This document shows, in pieces, positions 61,393 to 64,000 of a stretch of 64,000 nucleotides of DNA; the stretch's first letter is position 1, and each line of letters starts with the position of its first letter. The notes below the pieces were generated by a model. It was not told the origin of the DNA. It did not search any database and saw only the letters and a list, made by a program, of their open reading frames with translations. A program made the position numbers and the translations under genes. This stretch comes from Sphyrna mokarran (taxonomy: Eukaryota), in NCBI GenBank assembly GCA_024679065.1, contig JAGIQG010000003.1:28024001-28088000 (forward strand), in the 5' to 3' direction.

Positions 61393-62355
61393 TTTTTGCG
61401 ACCAAATAAACCTGTTGGACTTTAACTTGATGTTATGAGACTTCTTATTGCGTTTACCCTAGTCCAATGCCAGCATCTCCACAGAATGACTACATCAGCC
61501 CAAACTTGCTGGAAATGTATGAAAGTATGCTCCTGGCAGGAGCATGCCAGAATCCATGAGGAAAGGCATCATTAACTCATCTACAAGCAAAAAAGGGGAA
61601 AGGGGAGAAATTAGGTATTGGTGACCCATTTCATTGTTGAATGTAGACTATAAAATTTTGTCCAAGGTCACCGCCAATCAGATCAATCTGCCCTGGAATT
61701 GGTGATCCACCCTGACTATATTTGTGCTGTATCCAGCAGGAAGATCTCTGAAAGCCTCAAGCTACTCAGAGATACGACTACCTACATGCAGGGCAGGAGG
61801 GTGGACACTTGCCTCATCAGCCTGGACCAGGAGAAGTTGTTTGACAGAATATTGCACATCTATATGATGAATGTGCTTTCTAAAATGGAATTCAGGGAGG
61901 AATCCACAATTGGTTTCAATTGCTCTACGTAAACATGAATAGCGCAGTTTCAATCAATAATGAGAATCAAAAAGCTTTCAGATCAAATCTGGTGTTAGGC
62001 TGAGCTGGCCTGCCTCCTCTGCCCTGTTTTTGTGTTTGTGTGGATTCATGGAGTGATGGTCTGAGGCTGTGGAGACAGGCTGTTCAAAGCCTCTCTGTAC
62101 ATGGATGATGTCACCATCTTCTGCTCAAATTCATTCTCAGTTGATGTCATGGCACAGGTCTGGCCCATATCCTCATCCTGCGCTACAGCAGTCACCTGAG
62201 CCATCTTCAAATTCATCTGGAGATAGATAGATAAATTCAAGGTAGATTGTGACCCAAGGAATATCATGCACAAATCTCTGGATAAGGGAGAAACAAACGT
62301 ATCCAATGCTTCTCATCCTTGGCCACCTTTGTGCACAGCTGCATCAAGCTATGCG

Positions 62356-64000
62356 TCTATTATCTATCGCTATCCATCCCAAGGGATGATGATGGTTTCC
62401 TTCATTTCGTTTATTTTCTGATAGTTCTGTTTTGGGGGTTTGATGTGTGTGTTCTGCTGTGGCTGTATAAACCAATCCTTGACAGGCACTGCTTTCCGCA
62501 TTCTTGGCAGGCGAGATCTGCTGTGGGTGTTGGAGCGGGAGTTTCACTGTGGCGTTTCCTATGTCGTTCTAGTGCTGCTCCTCTGTTCTTTTTTCCTATA
62601 TCGTCGATGCTCTTTCTTGTGATGGTCCGCCACTGTGCACGGCCTAGGGCCTTTTCTCCCCATGTTGATGGGTCGATGTCAGCTTTTTTGAGGCTCCTTT
62701 TCAGAGTGTCTTTGTATCGCAGCCGCTGACCTCCTTGTTTGCGGGTGCCACTAGACAGTTGGCCGTACATGATGTCCTTGGGCAGTCTTCCATCCTGCAT
62801 TCTGCCTACGTGTCCTGCCCAGCGCAATTGGGCAGACATCACCAGGGTTGAGACAGCTGGCATTTTAGCTCGGGAGAGAACTTCAGTATTAGTTATTTTA
62901 TCTTTCCATGTAATTCTCATCAGAAAGCGTAAATGTCGTTGTTGAAGTTGGTCCAGCTGTCGAAAATGTCTTTGGTATGGACACCATGTCTCACAACCGT
63001 ACAGCAGTGCAGACATGACTACGGCTCTGTATACTTTGCACTTTGTGGCCATCTTGATGTTCTGTGACCAGACACGACTTTTTAGCTGTCCAAAGGCAAA
63101 ACAAGCTTTATTTATTCGCGATTCAATCTCCATGTCCAAAGAGGTGGAGGATGTTATCATGCTGCCCAGGTAACAGAAGTTAGTTACTGAATTAAGACTT
63201 GTGTTATCGATGAGCACAGATCGTTCTTCACGATTTGATCCAGGAACTGGCTGGTGCAGAACCTCGGTCTTTTTAAGATTAATTGTTAATCCGAAGTTTT
63301 TAGCTGCACTGGCAAAGCGGTTGGTGATCGCTTGGAGATCTTCGGGAGTATGGGCTACTAGGGCACAGTCATCAGCAAACTGAAGCTCTCGTACCACTAG
63401 GTCCCTTACTTTTGTTCTCGCCTTCAGTCTGGTGAGATTGAGAAGACCACCATCAGTCCTGGTTTGTAAGAAGACACCTGGATCTGATGACTCTAATCTG
63501 GCATCTTGGATAACAGCAGCATAGAATAATCCGAAGAGGACAGGAGCTAAAACGCATCCCTGTTTAACGCCGTTTCTGATTGGGAATGGGTTGGAGAGCT
63601 CACCACATATGTGGATGCGACCCTCCATGCCTTCATGAAACTGGCGTATAATTTTGCATAAATGTGGAGGGCAACCAAGTTTCTGTGGGAGTTTCCATAA
63701 GCCTTTTCTGTCCAGTGTCGAACGCTTTCGTAAGGTCAATAAATGTAACATAGAGATTTTTTCGCTGTTCAACACATTTCTCTTGAAGCAGTCGTAATGA
63801 GAATACCATGTCGATTGTGCTGCGACCTGCTCTGAAACCACACTGGCTTTCGGGTAGAACTTTTTCATTAAGATGGGAGACTAAACGTCGGAGGATAATC
63901 CTTGAAAGGCATTTTCCTGCAGTTGAGCGGAGAGAGATGCCGCGATAATTATTGCAGTCCTTTTTGCCTCCTTTGTTTTTGTAGATGGCCATGATCGTTG
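62356..64000 (-). mobile_element. Young RTE-clade LINE (RT, C-terminal C2H2, short 3'UTR); continues beyond the window
   Basis: NYRGISL, PESQCGFRAGRSTIDM, FIDLTKAFD, GVKQGCVLAP, QFADD, YLGS, QLRWAGHV.RM, CQECGKQCLSRIGLYSHSRTH; one frameshift near 63715; ATAG-type tail. Confidence 0.95.

Larger units (their letters stand above)
59985..61487. mobile_element. Penelope fold-back insertion (two divergent 5'-truncated GIY-YIG+pLTR arms)
   Basis: Minus arm ~59985-60850, plus arm ~60870-61487; both encode GIY-YIG C-terminal remnants; TSD gactagatcag/gactacatcag (59974-59984, 61488-61498). Confidence 0.92.
59600..62355 (+). mobile_element. Decayed Tx1/L1-clade LINE ORF2, split by a PLE and cut by an RTE
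   Basis: ICKSFYARLY..LSLDEMTKAV..KTTGSD..LWD, resuming at 61499; PISLLNVDYKILSKV, LISLDQEKLFDRI.H, LYMDDVT. Confidence 0.85.

Overview
This is repeat-dense vertebrate genomic DNA. It is almost certainly from a cartilaginous fish (shark), inferred from HE1/V-SINE-type SINEs, CR1/HER1-type LINE tails and elasmobranch-type Penelope LTR motifs. I recognise no host protein-coding gene; there are only a few low-confidence splice-site-bounded exon candidates. Nearly all long ORFs are transposon fragments: many CR1 LINEs, L2, Rex1/Babar, Tx1-like, a young RTE, two decayed Gypsy LTR elements, PIF/Harbinger remnants with MITEs, and Penelope-like elements (PLE; RT + GIY-YIG). The strongest unexplained signal is a set of PLE-derived insertions sharing one architecture. 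Four are fold-back insertions of 138 bp to 1.5 kb, each flanked by an 11-15 bp target-site duplication (TSD). Three of the four carry a ~35-nt tail on one arm only. Several begin or invert at a minimal hammerhead-ribozyme (HHR) core, and one young PLE retains an intact HHR core. Other notable structures are a ~330-bp inverted duplication carrying a 12-nt microexon-like cassette, a TSD-flanked CR1 tail with a probable 3' transduction, a perfect 31-bp inverted repeat inside an old element, and V-SINEs with two different LINE tails. Element boundaries were read by eye and are approximate unless a TSD is quoted.
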